Shown here piece by piece: positions 9,654-19,641 of a stretch of 64,000 nt of DNA. Each line of letters opens with the position of its first letter. Within the stretch, counting starts at the first letter, position 1. The position numbers and the translations under genes are program-made. The notes beneath the pieces are model-generated. The model did no database searches and was not told the origin of the DNA. It was given only the letters and a program-made list of their open reading frames with translations. This DNA comes from Bacteroidales bacterium. Lineage in GTDB: Bacteria; Bacteroidota; Bacteroidia; Bacteroidales; UBA932. The stretch lies in NCBI GenBank assembly GCA_017469425.1, contig JAFUGJ010000034.1, positions 18,074 to 82,073 on the forward strand, given 5' to 3'.

Positions 9654-10802
9654 ATGACAAAGGGTTTTCTTGCTGCCGTTTCAATGATGCTTGCGCTGGC
9701 GTTCCAGCCAGCGGCAAAGGCTGTAAATCCGCCCCTGCGCTCCGCGTCGCCCGACGACGAAGTGCGCGGGGCATGGCTTGCCACGGTCGTGGGCCTGGAC
9801 TGGCCGGACTCCACTTTCGTTCCCATAGCCCAGCAGCTAAAGCTCGTGGAGCAGATACGGGAGCTTGCCGAACTCGGCTGCAACACCGTCTTTTTCCAGG
9901 TGGTGAGCAACATGGATGCCCTTTATCCCTCCGACATCCTGCCATGGAGCTCGGTGCTCACCGGCACCGAAGGGGTGAATCCGGGATATGACCCTCTTGA
10001 ACTGGCAGTAAAGGCGGCGCACGAATGCGGCATGAAGATTCATGCCTGGATAAATCCCCTGCGTGTCAGCCGTCAGCTTTCCGATGTGCATTGCGCTACT
10101 CATGTAAGCAAAACGCACCCTGCATGGGTTCAGCGTTACGGACGCACGCTCTATCTTGACCCCGGCATTCCGGATGCGGTAAAATTCCTTAAAAGCATAG
10201 CGGAAGAGATAATGGGCCGTTACGATGTGGACGGGCTTCATATCGACGACTATTTTTATCCCGACGGCCTGCAGAAGGCGCAGCGCAGCTGGAAGCTTGA
10301 TTCGTGGAGACGCTACGGCAAAGGAGCCAGGCTTGATGCTTGGAGATATTCTACTGTCAATGCCGTCGTAAAGATGCTTTCCGAAGTCAGCCATACCCTG
10401 AAGCCGGGGAGCCGGTTCGGAGTATCGCCTTCCGGACGGCTCGCAAACACGCTGAGGCTTTACGCCGACCCGAGAATGTGGGTGGCCGAAGGGAGCGTGG
10501 ACTATCTTGCCCCTCAGATATACTGGGCCATCGACAGGCCCGACAATGCCGCCTTCGGCACGGTGCTTGACAGTTGGAAAGACATTGCCCGGGGTGTTCC
10601 CGTATATGTCGGCATTGCCGCATACAAGCACGATGATGCCTACAACAAGGGGCTCGATGTTCCCTTTGCCTCATTCGGCGAGTTCTATCGCCAGCTGGAA
10701 TTATGCAGAAATGCCCCTTGGGTAAAGGGGCACATCTGGTTCCGTACAAAATACATACTCGACAACGACTTCAAGTCGTATATCCTGTCGGAGTTGTATT
10801 GA
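9654..10802 (+). CDS. glycosyl hydrolase-like 10 (GHL10, YddW/DigH-like) family protein
   Basis: EVRGAWLATV, DWP, IHAWINP, YDVDGLHIDDYFYP, DYLAPQIYW. ATG at 9654 chosen because it begins a signal peptide. Confidence 0.88.
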   Translation: MTKGFLAAVSMMLALAFQPAAKAVNPPLRSASPDDEVRGAWLATVVGLDWPDSTFVPIAQQLKLVEQIRELAELGCNTVFFQVVSNMDALYPSDILPWSSVLTGTEGVNPGYDPLELAVKAAHECGMKIHAWINPLRVSRQLSDVHCATHVSKTHPAWVQRYGRTLYLDPGIPDAVKFLKSIAEEIMGRYDVDGLHIDDYFYPDGLQKAQRSWKLDSWRRYGKGARLDAWRYSTVNAVVKMLSEVSHTLKPGSRFGVSPSGRLANTLRLYADPRMWVAEGSVDYLAPQIYWAIDRPDNAAFGTVLDSWKDIARGVPVYVGIAAYKHDDAYNKGLDVPFASFGEFYRQLELCRNAPWVKGHIWFRTKYILDNDFKSYILSELY

Positions 10803-10809
10803 TTCTGCG

Positions 10810-12099
10810 CTAAATCAGTTCGAACAGGTCGCGTGCGGGGATGGCGGCATCGTAGCGGTCCTTGCACTGCCGCACGAAGTTATGGAGGGTCCGGGAAAAT
10901 CTCGGGCCTTTCCAGTTGTGGGTATTGGAAATGAGTATCCAGCATTCGCCGTCGGGATAGTACATGACATAGGCGCTGGTGCCGGAGATGGAACCTGTGC
11001 GAAGCCAGCCTTTAAGCGGATTGGTATCGTTCCATCCGAGGCCGAATTTGTGCTCTTCGGTGTACATTGTCATTTCCCTTATGCTCTTCTTGCCGAGAAT
11101 GTCGGGAACCTGGGGGCGTGCGTCGATGGAAGCCACGAAGCGGGCGAGTTCCGATGCGGAGCAAACCCATGCCCCCGCGCCTTTCAGCGCCCGGATGTCG
11201 TTGCCGCCGTAGCATCGTACCACCGAATCGGCGCTGTTGTCGTAAGCAGGAACCTTCGGGTCGTTGTCCTGCATGTGGTAACGCACCTCGTTGGGGTATT
11301 TCTCCTCGAAACTGTTATGCGCCAGATGCATGTCCAGACATCCTGCCGGTTTCAGCACATTTTCCTGCATCCACTCTTCATAGTCGCATCCGCCCACTCT
11401 TTCTATTATCATGCTGAGCAGCAGATACCCGAAATTGGAGTACTCATGCCCTTTGCCGGGGGTGTATCCAAGCCTGCGCCTTACTGCAAGCGAAGTGAGG
11501 GTGGCGGCATCGGGAGCTTCTTTCAGATGGTAGATGTTCATGATGTCGCGGGTGGTGAACATGGGGTCGCCCCTGCGTATGCTGAGTCCTGCCTCGTGCC
11601 GTAACAGCTGCTCCACCGTAATGTCGTAGTATCCTTTGTCGGTGATGTGGTTGGTGAAGAGGGTGTCGGAGAGCACTCCGCCCGGAGCGAAAACCTTTTC
11701 CGCCAGCGACAATTTTCCCGTCTCGACCAGTTTCATGATGCCTGCCGCCGTGATGAGTTTGCTCACTGACGCCACTCTCATGATATGGCCCGGGGTCATT
11801 TCTTCTCCGCTGAACTGGTCGGCCAGACCATAGCCTTTGGCATATACCAGCGAGTCGTTGCGCAGGATGCTGAGTTCGAGGCCGCGAATCTGCCATTTCT
11901 GCATGAAATAGCGTATGTCCCGGTCGAGCTTCGCGAGCGATGCGGTGTCGGACATCTCGTTGGTAATCACGGCATTGATGCCCTGCGTGGGTTCTGCTTT
12001 CTGTTTCCTTGCACCTTTATGGGGGAGCAGGATGAGAAGGATGCATATCAGCACTGCGGCTGCCAGGCATGCCCGGGTTTTTCTATCGTGCAGATTCAT
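10810..12099 (-). CDS. serine hydrolase, beta-lactamase/AmpC-like superfamily, membrane-anchored
   Basis: SxxK motif ASVSK, LLRHEAG, YSN motif EYSNFGY; N-terminal hydrophobic anchor. Confidence 0.85.
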   Translation of the reverse strand: MNLHDRKTRACLAAAVLICILLILLPHKGARKQKAEPTQGINAVITNEMSDTASLAKLDRDIRYFMQKWQIRGLELSILRNDSLVYAKGYGLADQFSGEEMTPGHIMRVASVSKLITAAGIMKLVETGKLSLAEKVFAPGGVLSDTLFTNHITDKGYYDITVEQLLRHEAGLSIRRGDPMFTTRDIMNIYHLKEAPDAATLTSLAVRRRLGYTPGKGHEYSNFGYLLLSMIIERVGGCDYEEWMQENVLKPAGCLDMHLAHNSFEEKYPNEVRYHMQDNDPKVPAYDNSADSVVRCYGGNDIRALKGAGAWVCSASELARFVASIDARPQVPDILGKKSIREMTMYTEEHKFGLGWNDTNPLKGWLRTGSISGTSAYVMYYPDGECWILISNTHNWKGPRFSRTLHNFVRQCKDRYDAAIPARDLFELI

Positions 12100-13450
12100 T
12101 CTTTTCAAGCTGACGGATAAGACGGATAATGAGTATCAGGGTAAAGGCAAAGGCCACCAGGTCGGAAAGTGGATAGCTCGCCCACACTCCTTCGATGCCG
12201 AATGCCAGCGGGAGCAGGTACAGGGCGGGCAGCAGGAAAATGAGCTGACGGCTGAGGGAGAGGAAGATACTCTTCTTTACCATGCCCAGACACTGGAAAA
12301 GGTTGGTGCTGACTATCTGGAATCCCAGGATGGGGAACATGATGTTCATGATGCGCATGCCGTGGGTGGCGATGCCCTTGAGTTCGGGGTCGCTGGTGAA
12401 TGCCGACACTGCCGCTCCTGGGAACAGCTCGCAAATCAGGAATCCGAGGATGCATACGGCTGTGGCCCATGCCACCGTGAGGCGGTAAACGGCCTTTACC
12501 CTCAAGCCTTTCCCGGCCCCGAAATTATAGCTTGCGATAGGCTGCATGCCCTGATTGAGGCCCATCACCACCATCAGGAAAAGGAAGGAGATGCGGTTGA
12601 TGATGCCATAGGCTCCGATTGCAAGGTCGCCCCCGTACACGCGCAGCTGCTGGTTGATGAACATGGTTACCAGGCATGCCGCGCTGTTCATCAGGAAAGG
12701 CCCCATCCCTATGCCCATGGATGTCCGGGCAATCTTGGCGCTGAAACCGAAAATGCGCCTGCCGAAGTGAATGACATTCTTGCCGGATGAAAAATAGACG
12801 ATGCTGTATACCAGCGAAATGGTTTGGCAAAGCACCGTGGCTATGGCCGCTCCTTTGACTCCGAGTCCGAGGCCGAATATGAAAAGAGGGTCGAGAATGG
12901 CGTTGGATATGACTGTAAACAGTGTCAGGCCCATTGCCAGCTTCGGGTTGCCCGTCGCCCTTATCATGCTGTTGAGCCCGAAATATAGATGGGTGATGAT
13001 GAATCCGGCGAGTATGATTACCATGTAGTCGCGGGCAAAGGGATAGATTGCATCGCCTGCACCGAAAAAATACAGCACCGGTTTCAGGAATGCGAGCACC
13101 AGCAGGGAGAACAATGCTCCCAGCACGACATTGAGGGTAACCACATTCGGGAGTACCTTGTTTGCCGTCACATAGTTTTTCTGCCCGAGCAGCATGGAAA
13201 CCAGGGTGGAAGCGCCTACTCCGACCAGGGTGCCTATGGCGGACCCGAGATTCATGATGGGGAAGGTGACTGCAATGCCTGAGATGGCAAGGGAGCCCAC
13301 ATCCTTGATATGGCCTATGTAGATGCTGTCCACCATATTGTACAAAGAACTCGCGGTCATGGCGATGATGCCAGGAACCGCGTATTCTTTGAGTAGTGTA
13401 CTTATTTTCCGGGTTTCGAGTTCAACCGGAGCGTTATTGTTTCCGGTCAT
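12083..13450 (-). CDS. MATE family efflux transporter
   Basis: SLYNMVDSIYIG, NAILDPLFIFG, GAAIATV, GMQPIASYNFGA; two-fold membrane repeat. Confidence 0.93.
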   Translation of the reverse strand: MTGNNNAPVELETRKISTLLKEYAVPGIIAMTASSLYNMVDSIYIGHIKDVGSLAISGIAVTFPIMNLGSAIGTLVGVGASTLVSMLLGQKNYVTANKVLPNVVTLNVVLGALFSLLVLAFLKPVLYFFGAGDAIYPFARDYMVIILAGFIITHLYFGLNSMIRATGNPKLAMGLTLFTVISNAILDPLFIFGLGLGVKGAAIATVLCQTISLVYSIVYFSSGKNVIHFGRRIFGFSAKIARTSMGIGMGPFLMNSAACLVTMFINQQLRVYGGDLAIGAYGIINRISFLFLMVVMGLNQGMQPIASYNFGAGKGLRVKAVYRLTVAWATAVCILGFLICELFPGAAVSAFTSDPELKGIATHGMRIMNIMFPILGFQIVSTNLFQCLGMVKKSIFLSLSRQLIFLLPALYLLPLAFGIEGVWASYPLSDLVAFAFTLILIIRLIRQLEKNESAR

Positions 13451-14466
13451 CAGGGCTCCTCGGTCATTTCCAGTTCAAAGATAAGGGGGCAGTACGCGGG
13501 AATTTTCGTGCCGGACCCGGTGGAAGAATATCCATGCGTGGAACAGAAGAAGCAGATGCCTTTCTCCATCTGGTGCATCTTGCTGAGGGCGTATGCGAAG
13601 CCTGCGAGGGCGTCGTTTTTGTCGCTGCCCATGGTGATTGAGGTGTAGTCGCCGCCGGATGCGAACCAGTTTATCTGGGCAGGGGAGAAGGATGACTTCG
13701 ACAGCCCCCATACTTTTGCAGTGTCTGCCACCGTGGTGTCGAAAGTTACTCCGTCGAGCCTGCGCCCGGTGTAGTTGACATATACGGTGGAATCGTTCGC
13801 GATGGGTTTGCCGTTGCCCTCATCGAGGCAGATGTAATAGAAGCCGGTAAGAAGGGCGTCTTCCCTGGCCTCGGGATAGTTGCGGGCCATGTAGCGCGCA
13901 AGGGAATCCTGTTCCCATACTTCAACATCGTCGATGGCTTCGACGAGTTCGATGTCGTATATGTAGTCGGTTCCGGAACAGTGCTCAAGGTACTCTTCTT
14001 CGGTATCGTACCTTTCGGATTCGTCAAGCCATCCGGGAACGGCTACGATGCGGCGTCCTCCAACCCTCATGCCCGCCACGGTTTCTTCCAGTCCTGCGGA
14101 CATGAGGCTGAGGTCGTCGCCCCTGAAACCGAAGCCGGGGCCGTAATAAGCGGTTTTCGAATAAAGATCGTTCTGTCTGGCGACTTCTTCCCGTGTGGTG
14201 GATACAAGGTCGCCCGAAAGGGTGTAGTAGGAATAGTTGAGACGCACGAATGGTGCGTTGCCGGGAAGGGCTCCCGCGCCGGGGGTGTCGCTCAGGATAT
14301 ATACGCCGAGGGGCGTCTTTACCGCATTCGGATAATTTTGGGATACCCAGGCGTCGAAATAAGCCTTTGCGGCATCATTCTTCCCTTCTTTTGACGACTG
14401 CGCACAGGACAAGAGGCTCAGTGCAAGAGCGGCCGTCAGCAAATATTTGAATTTCATAATATTCAT
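13450..14466 (-). CDS. FKBP-type peptidyl-prolyl isomerase lipoprotein (two FKBP-like domains)
   Basis: Lipobox LLSC; GMRVGGRRIVAVP, VYVNYTGRRLDGVTFDT, IPAYCPLIFELEM. Confidence 0.8.
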   Translation of the reverse strand: MNIMKFKYLLTAALALSLLSCAQSSKEGKNDAAKAYFDAWVSQNYPNAVKTPLGVYILSDTPGAGALPGNAPFVRLNYSYYTLSGDLVSTTREEVARQNDLYSKTAYYGPGFGFRGDDLSLMSAGLEETVAGMRVGGRRIVAVPGWLDESERYDTEEEYLEHCSGTDYIYDIELVEAIDDVEVWEQDSLARYMARNYPEAREDALLTGFYYICLDEGNGKPIANDSTVYVNYTGRRLDGVTFDTTVADTAKVWGLSKSSFSPAQINWFASGGDYTSITMGSDKNDALAGFAYALSKMHQMEKGICFFCSTHGYSSTGSGTKIPAYCPLIFELEMTEEP

Positions 14467-14484
14467 TTTCTAAAGCGTCTGTAA

Positions 14485-15522
14485 TTACGGCATAAATCGT
14501 GCCGCAATGCTGCGGACATATGCTTCGGCATCATCCCTGGACCTGGAAGGAATGTCTTCGGGCCAGCGCAGTTTTCCGCCCGCGGCCAGTTCGTGCCCTC
14601 CGCCTCCGAAACATTCCCTTGCCATCCTTACCGCCGACCATCCGCGTTTGGCGCGTATGCTTACCCGGAAACATCCGTTTTCCTCCTTGAGGAATATGCT
14701 CATTTTCACTTCCCCGGCCTCAAGCGGAATGTTGACCATCCCTTCGGTTTCACCGCGGCGCAGGCCGTATTCTTCCTGCATCCGGGCAGTAAGTATGATG
14801 AGCGAGATTCCTCCCGGCAGCAGTGTCATGTGGTTCGCTATCAGGTCGGCCCCGGCCTTGAGGCGTTCCATCCTGTCTTCGTGGTAAAGGTGCAGGAGTA
14901 TGTCCTCCCTGTCGACTCCGGCTTCAAGCAGCTCGCCTGCGGCGGCAAGCGTTCCCTTGCCAACCGAATTCGCGAAGTTGTTGGTGTCGGTGGTGATGCC
15001 GGTCAGGATTGCATACAGGCTTTTTGCCGGAATACCTGCAATGCTTCCACCCTCCATTTCCCTGAGAAGAAAGTACAGGAGCTCGCAGGTCGAAGACGCT
15101 TCGGGAGCGGAAAACGCCAGGGTGAAGAGGGAGAGGTCGGGGTTCAGGTGATGATCGATGAGGACTTTCGGAGCCTTTGATCCGACCAAGGCCCGGCAGA
15201 GGCTTTCGGTGCGGGCGAAGTCGTTGAGGTCAAGAACGAATATGAGGTCGCTGCTTTCGATGAGCGAATCCGCCTTCCGCGTCTCTGCAGAAGCGTCGGT
15301 AATGTCTTCTCCGCCGGTAAGGAAATGCAGGCTGAAGGGGGCTTCGTCCGGAATGAGAAGCCGTGCGTCCTTTCCCCTACGGTCGCGAAGGTAGTGCAGC
15401 ATTGCAAGCCCGCTTCCGAGCGCATCCCCGTCGGGATGTGTGTGCACGACGATGCAAGGCTTTGCGGCGGCATCCAGCATCGATGACAGCAGGGCGGCAT
15501 TATTTGGGGAGATACACTGCAT
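14485..15522 (-). CDS. DHH family phosphoesterase (NrnA-like oligoribonuclease/pAp phosphatase)
   Basis: HTHPDGDALGS, LIDHH, TDTNNF, GGGGHELAAG. Confidence 0.92.
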   Translation of the reverse strand: MQCISPNNAALLSSMLDAAAKPCIVVHTHPDGDALGSGLAMLHYLRDRRGKDARLLIPDEAPFSLHFLTGGEDITDASAETRKADSLIESSDLIFVLDLNDFARTESLCRALVGSKAPKVLIDHHLNPDLSLFTLAFSAPEASSTCELLYFLLREMEGGSIAGIPAKSLYAILTGITTDTNNFANSVGKGTLAAAGELLEAGVDREDILLHLYHEDRMERLKAGADLIANHMTLLPGGISLIILTARMQEEYGLRRGETEGMVNIPLEAGEVKMSIFLKEENGCFRVSIRAKRGWSAVRMARECFGGGGHELAAGGKLRWPEDIPSRSRDDAEAYVRSIAARFMP

Positions 15523-15623
15523 TCTTGACGATTTTTCCGGGCAAATTTAATAAGAATATTGCATTTCAGAAATCAAATTTCTAACTTTGTGCGGATATAG
15601 TCGAAAATTATAAAAAAGACAAT

Positions 15624-16319
15624 ATGAAAAAATCAGTAAAGATCATCCTTGAGATTGTTCTTGTTCCCGTAATCGCCCTTCTGGTGTGGGCTATCGTGCA
15701 GAGTATCATGAAGCCTGTAAACTTCAACAAGCAGAAGGCATACCGTGAAACCGTGGCCGTACAGCGCCTCAAGGACATCCGCACCCTCCAGGTCGCTTAC
15801 AAGAGCGTGAACGGAAAATTCACTTCCACGGTGGATTCCCTCAAGGACTTCTACAACAATGGTAAAATGGCAATCGTGATGCAGGTCGGTTCCATGGACG
15901 ACTCTCTTGCAATGATCCACACCGAGAAAATCAAGAAGGCGTCCCGCAAGAAAATGACGGGAGAGGACTTCCTCAAACTCTATGAGGCAGGTGACAGGAA
16001 TCTCGTGTTCTCCGTCGAGACGAAGATTCCCGTCAAGGACACCCTGTTCCTTGGCCGTACCGACTTCAATGTGGATTCGCTCGCAACCATTCCTTTCTCA
16101 GGCGGCGAGCCCGTGCAGATGGATGCCATCGTCAAGACCGTGTCCGGCGTGCAGGTTCCCCTGTTCGAAGCCAAGATGCCTTACAAACTCCTGCTCAAGG
16201 GCCTGGACAATCAGCTCCGCATCAATCTCGATGCCGAGAGGCGTGACCAGAACCGCTATGAGGGCCTTCAGGTAGGCTCCGTCAGCGCCCCGAACAACAA
16301 CGCAGGTAACTGGGAGTAA
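15624..16319 (+). CDS. conserved Bacteroidetes membrane-anchored hypothetical protein
   Basis: N-terminal TM; VQRLKDIRTLQVAYK and terminal GLQVGS...NNNAGNWE; TAACTTTG promoter box at 15582. Confidence 0.8.
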   Translation: MKKSVKIILEIVLVPVIALLVWAIVQSIMKPVNFNKQKAYRETVAVQRLKDIRTLQVAYKSVNGKFTSTVDSLKDFYNNGKMAIVMQVGSMDDSLAMIHTEKIKKASRKKMTGEDFLKLYEAGDRNLVFSVETKIPVKDTLFLGRTDFNVDSLATIPFSGGEPVQMDAIVKTVSGVQVPLFEAKMPYKLLLKGLDNQLRINLDAERRDQNRYEGLQVGSVSAPNNNAGNWE

Positions 16320-16324
16320 CGGAG

Positions 16325-16804
16325 GTGGAAGTATCCATACTCACCCCTGTGTGCACTTTGGTGCCCACGCATTTCTTTGATCCGACTTCTGCAAGGCAAT
16401 CCCTGGCAGAAGTCGCCTCTTTGAAGGAGGGCTCGGCAGTGAAGTGGGCGGAAATTCCGCAGTACGATGCCGTGCTCGTCTATGAGGTGGATTCAGAAGA
16501 GGTTACGGCTTATCCGGAACTTTATTATGTGTTGCAGGCTCTTCCTGCATGTGCCGACTACAACAAGATTGTGGCATCCCATAAGGACGGTTATCTTTAT
16601 CTTGCCATAGCGCAGGGCGGAAGCCTGCTTCTTGCAAATGTCTTTCCTGCGGTGGATTTCACCACGGCGGAGTATTATATCTTCCTTGCCATGAAGCAGC
16701 TACAGCTCAATCCTGAGGTGTCCGTGATTTGTATGCGCAGCCTGGTGGGGCCTGAGGAAGAGATGTCGCTTTACCGTTATTTCAAGTCGGTCGGACAGAT
16801 ATGA
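16325..16804 (+). CDS. DUF3822-like protein (short form)
   Basis: TLVPTHFF, LLLANVF...DFTTAEYYIF; usual position upstream of rsmD; GTG start. Confidence 0.65.
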   Translation: MEVSILTPVCTLVPTHFFDPTSARQSLAEVASLKEGSAVKWAEIPQYDAVLVYEVDSEEVTAYPELYYVLQALPACADYNKIVASHKDGYLYLAIAQGGSLLLANVFPAVDFTTAEYYIFLAMKQLQLNPEVSVICMRSLVGPEEEMSLYRYFKSVGQI

Positions 16805-17346
16805 GAATCATCGGAGGCAGACTGAAAGGGAAGGTGATGGAACTTCCTGCCCGCTACAATGCGAGGCCCACCACCGATTTCGCGAAAGAGGGGCTTTTCA
16901 ATGTCCTCGGCAACGAATATGAATTCGAAGACCTGAAGGTTCTCGACCTTTTCGGTGGTACGGGTGCAATCAGCTTTGAGTTCGCCTCCCGCGGGGCCGC
17001 CAGGGTTTATTGCGTGGAGATGGCCCGCGAAAACGCCAGTTTCATCAAACGCGAAGCCGCCCGCCTCGCCCTTTCGAATGTTACCATGGTGCGCGACAAT
17101 GTGTTTGACTTCCTTCCTATCTGCACCGAGAAGTTCGACCTCGTTTTTGCAGACCCTCCCTATGCCCTGGAAGGTCTCGAAACCATTCCGGACAAGGTTT
17201 TTGCGCAGAATATCCTGCACCCCGGCTGCTATTTCATCCTTGAACATGGCGGCGAGCATTCTTTCAGTCAGCATCCCTGCTTCGTGAAGGAAAAGGTTTA
17301 CGGGCGGGTGCATTTTTCTTTTTTCGAGAATAAACAAAGCGAATAA
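16801..17346 (+). CDS. rsmD: 16S rRNA m2G966 methyltransferase
   Basis: MRIIGG, RPTTDFAKEGLFN, LDLFGGTG, FADPPY. Confidence 0.93.
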   Translation: MRIIGGRLKGKVMELPARYNARPTTDFAKEGLFNVLGNEYEFEDLKVLDLFGGTGAISFEFASRGAARVYCVEMARENASFIKREAARLALSNVTMVRDNVFDFLPICTEKFDLVFADPPYALEGLETIPDKVFAQNILHPGCYFILEHGGEHSFSQHPCFVKEKVYGRVHFSFFENKQSE

Positions 17347-18803
17347 TGTATTCATTCCTGATTTGTCTGCTTGCCCTGATTCTGGGCTACCTGTTTTACG
17401 GGAAGTTCGTCGAGAAGGTTTTCGGGCCTGATTCCGCCCGGGTGACTCCTGCCGTGAGCAAGGCCGACGGAGTAGATTTCGTTCCCATGCCCACATGGAA
17501 GGTGTATATGATACAGTTCCTTAACATTGCGGGAACCGGCCCTATTTTCGGCGCTATCATGGGTGCGAAATTCGGCCCTTCGAGTTTCCTGTGGATAGTG
17601 TTCGGATGCATTTTCGCAGGTGCCGTGCACGACTATTTCACGGGTATGCTCTCAATACGCCATGGCGGTGCCGGCATTCCCGAAATCGTGAGGCAGTATC
17701 TTGGGAAGGGAACCCATGCGGTGCTGCTGGTGTTCTCAATCGTGCTGCTTCTTCTCGTAGGCACCGTGTTCGTGTTCAGCCCTGCCATCATCCTCGACGA
17801 CATGGCAAAGATTGGCACTGCCGACAACAGCATCATGATATGGGTCGGGATAATATTCGTTTATTATATAATCGCCACCCTGCTGCCTATCGACAAGCTC
17901 ATAGGCAGGTTCTATCCCATTTTCGCTTTCGCGCTCATTTTCATGGCACTGGCCCTCTGCGCGTGCCTTTTTGTCAAATGGCCTGCCATCCCGGAATTAT
18001 GGGAGGGGCTTGGCAACCGCGGCCCGTCCATAGGACTTTCAGGACAACCCATTTTCCCCTGCCTCTTCATTACAATTGCCTGCGGGGCCATTTCCGGTTT
18101 CCATGCCACCCAAAGTCCTCTGATGGCGCGTTGCGTGAAGAATGAAAAGCTGGGCCGCCCGGTTTTCTATGGAGCCATGATTACCGAAGGGGTGGTTGCC
18201 CTGATATGGGCTGCCGTTTCGTCGTATTTCTTCTTTGACGGCGGGGCGGCTGCAGTAGGCTCCGACCTCAGCGCCTCGGCGCCCGCGGTGGTAACCAAGG
18301 TCAGCCGGAGTTGGCTCGGAGTAATCGGGGGCATACTCGCCGTGCTCGGAGTGGTGGCTGCGCCCATTACCAGCGGTGATACCGCCTTCCGAAGCGCCCG
18401 TCTGATAGTTGCCGAATTCCTTCATCTGGAGCAGAAAAAGCACGCCAACAGGCTTGTCATCGCCCTGCCTCTTTTTGCCGTTGCCGCTCTTTTGCTTTGG
18501 TATAACATTGCCGACGAAAATGGTTTCAACACCATCTGGCGCTATTTCGGCTGGGCGAATCAGACCCTTGCCTGCTTCGCCCTCTGGGCCGCCACCGTAT
18601 GGCTCACAATAAACAGGGGCAGGCTCTACTATCTGATTACCATGCTGCCCGCAGCCTTTATGACATCAGTCACCATTACCTATATATGTGTGGACAAGAT
18701 AGGCTTCCACCTCCCTCAGAGCTGGATTCCCTACTTGGGAGTGGGAGTGTTTGCCGTGTCGGTCGTGCTGTATTACATTCTCAGAAGCAGGCGGCGTTCA
18801 TAG
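17346..18803 (+). CDS. cstA: carbon starvation protein A family peptide/pyruvate transporter
   Basis: QFLNIAGTGPIFGA, GAVHDY, ACGAISGFHATQSP, WRYFGWANQ. Confidence 0.92.
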   Translation: MYSFLICLLALILGYLFYGKFVEKVFGPDSARVTPAVSKADGVDFVPMPTWKVYMIQFLNIAGTGPIFGAIMGAKFGPSSFLWIVFGCIFAGAVHDYFTGMLSIRHGGAGIPEIVRQYLGKGTHAVLLVFSIVLLLLVGTVFVFSPAIILDDMAKIGTADNSIMIWVGIIFVYYIIATLLPIDKLIGRFYPIFAFALIFMALALCACLFVKWPAIPELWEGLGNRGPSIGLSGQPIFPCLFITIACGAISGFHATQSPLMARCVKNEKLGRPVFYGAMITEGVVALIWAAVSSYFFFDGGAAAVGSDLSASAPAVVTKVSRSWLGVIGGILAVLGVVAAPITSGDTAFRSARLIVAEFLHLEQKKHANRLVIALPLFAVAALLLWYNIADENGFNTIWRYFGWANQTLACFALWAATVWLTINRGRLYYLITMLPAAFMTSVTITYICVDKIGFHLPQSWIPYLGVGVFAVSVVLYYILRSRRRS

Positions 18804-19589
18804 CCCTTTGGCCTTGCCTTCATCCCATATCTCATCCATCTGGGCAAGGGTCATCCGTTTGAGATCCATGCCCTTAGCGAGAGTCTGCTCTTCGAGGTAT
18901 CCGAAGCGGCGGCGGAATTTGCCGCATGCCTTGTCGAGGGCGACGGAAGGGTCAATATCGTAGAGGCGGGCCGCATTCACCACGGCAAAGAGCAGGTCGC
19001 CGAATTCTTCTTCCTTATGCTCGGTGCCTTCCTCCTGAACGGCCTCCAGCACCTCGCCGAGTTCTTCCCGCACCTTGTCCCAAACCTGCTCTTTTTCCTC
19101 CCAGTCAAAGCCCACGGCGCGGGCCTTGTCCTGCATGGCGTATGCTTTCAGCAGGGGAGGAAAACTTTTGGGCACACCTCCGAGAATGGTGCGGTTGCCT
19201 CCCTTCTCCTTTGTCTTTATAAGCTCCCAGTTTTTTGCAACCTCTTCCTCGGTCATTCCTTCCGATGCGCCGTTGCCGAATACATGCGGGTGGCGGAAGA
19301 CCATTTTGTCAATCAGCCCCTGCAGCACATCGGCAATGTCCCAGCGGCCTTCTTCTTCGGCAATGCGCGAGTAAAAGATGATGTGCAGCAGCACATCGCC
19401 GAGTTCCTTGCGAAGGTCACCGTCGTCGCCCCTCAGCACGGCATCGCTAAGTTCATACACTTCTTCTACCGTCATGGGTCTGAGGCTCTGCGTGGTCTGG
19501 GCGGCGTTCCACGGGCATTTTGCCCTCAGGGTTTCCATGATTTCAAGCGCTTTTGCAAAGGCTTCCAACTTCTCTTCTCTTGTGTGCAT
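18798..19589 (-). CDS. mazG: nucleoside triphosphate pyrophosphohydrolase
   Basis: LRAKCPW, EEVYEL, ELGDVLLH, RHPHVFG, EEFGDLLF. Confidence 0.95.
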   Translation of the reverse strand: MHTREEKLEAFAKALEIMETLRAKCPWNAAQTTQSLRPMTVEEVYELSDAVLRGDDGDLRKELGDVLLHIIFYSRIAEEEGRWDIADVLQGLIDKMVFRHPHVFGNGASEGMTEEEVAKNWELIKTKEKGGNRTILGGVPKSFPPLLKAYAMQDKARAVGFDWEEKEQVWDKVREELGEVLEAVQEEGTEHKEEEFGDLLFAVVNAARLYDIDPSVALDKACGKFRRRFGYLEEQTLAKGMDLKRMTLAQMDEIWDEGKAKGL

Positions 19590-19641
19590 CGGAATATTTG
19601 ATTAAATTTGTAGCTTAATGCAAAAATACGAATAATAAGCC

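Noticed and set aside
10810-13450. Beta-lactamase plus MATE as a resistance island
   Set aside because: Generic SxxK hydrolase and MATE inside a core operon with FKBP and DHH genes; no mobility signal.
18798-19589. MazG as part of a toxin-antitoxin or anti-phage system
   Set aside because: Ordinary two-domain housekeeping MazG with no mazEF or defence neighbours.
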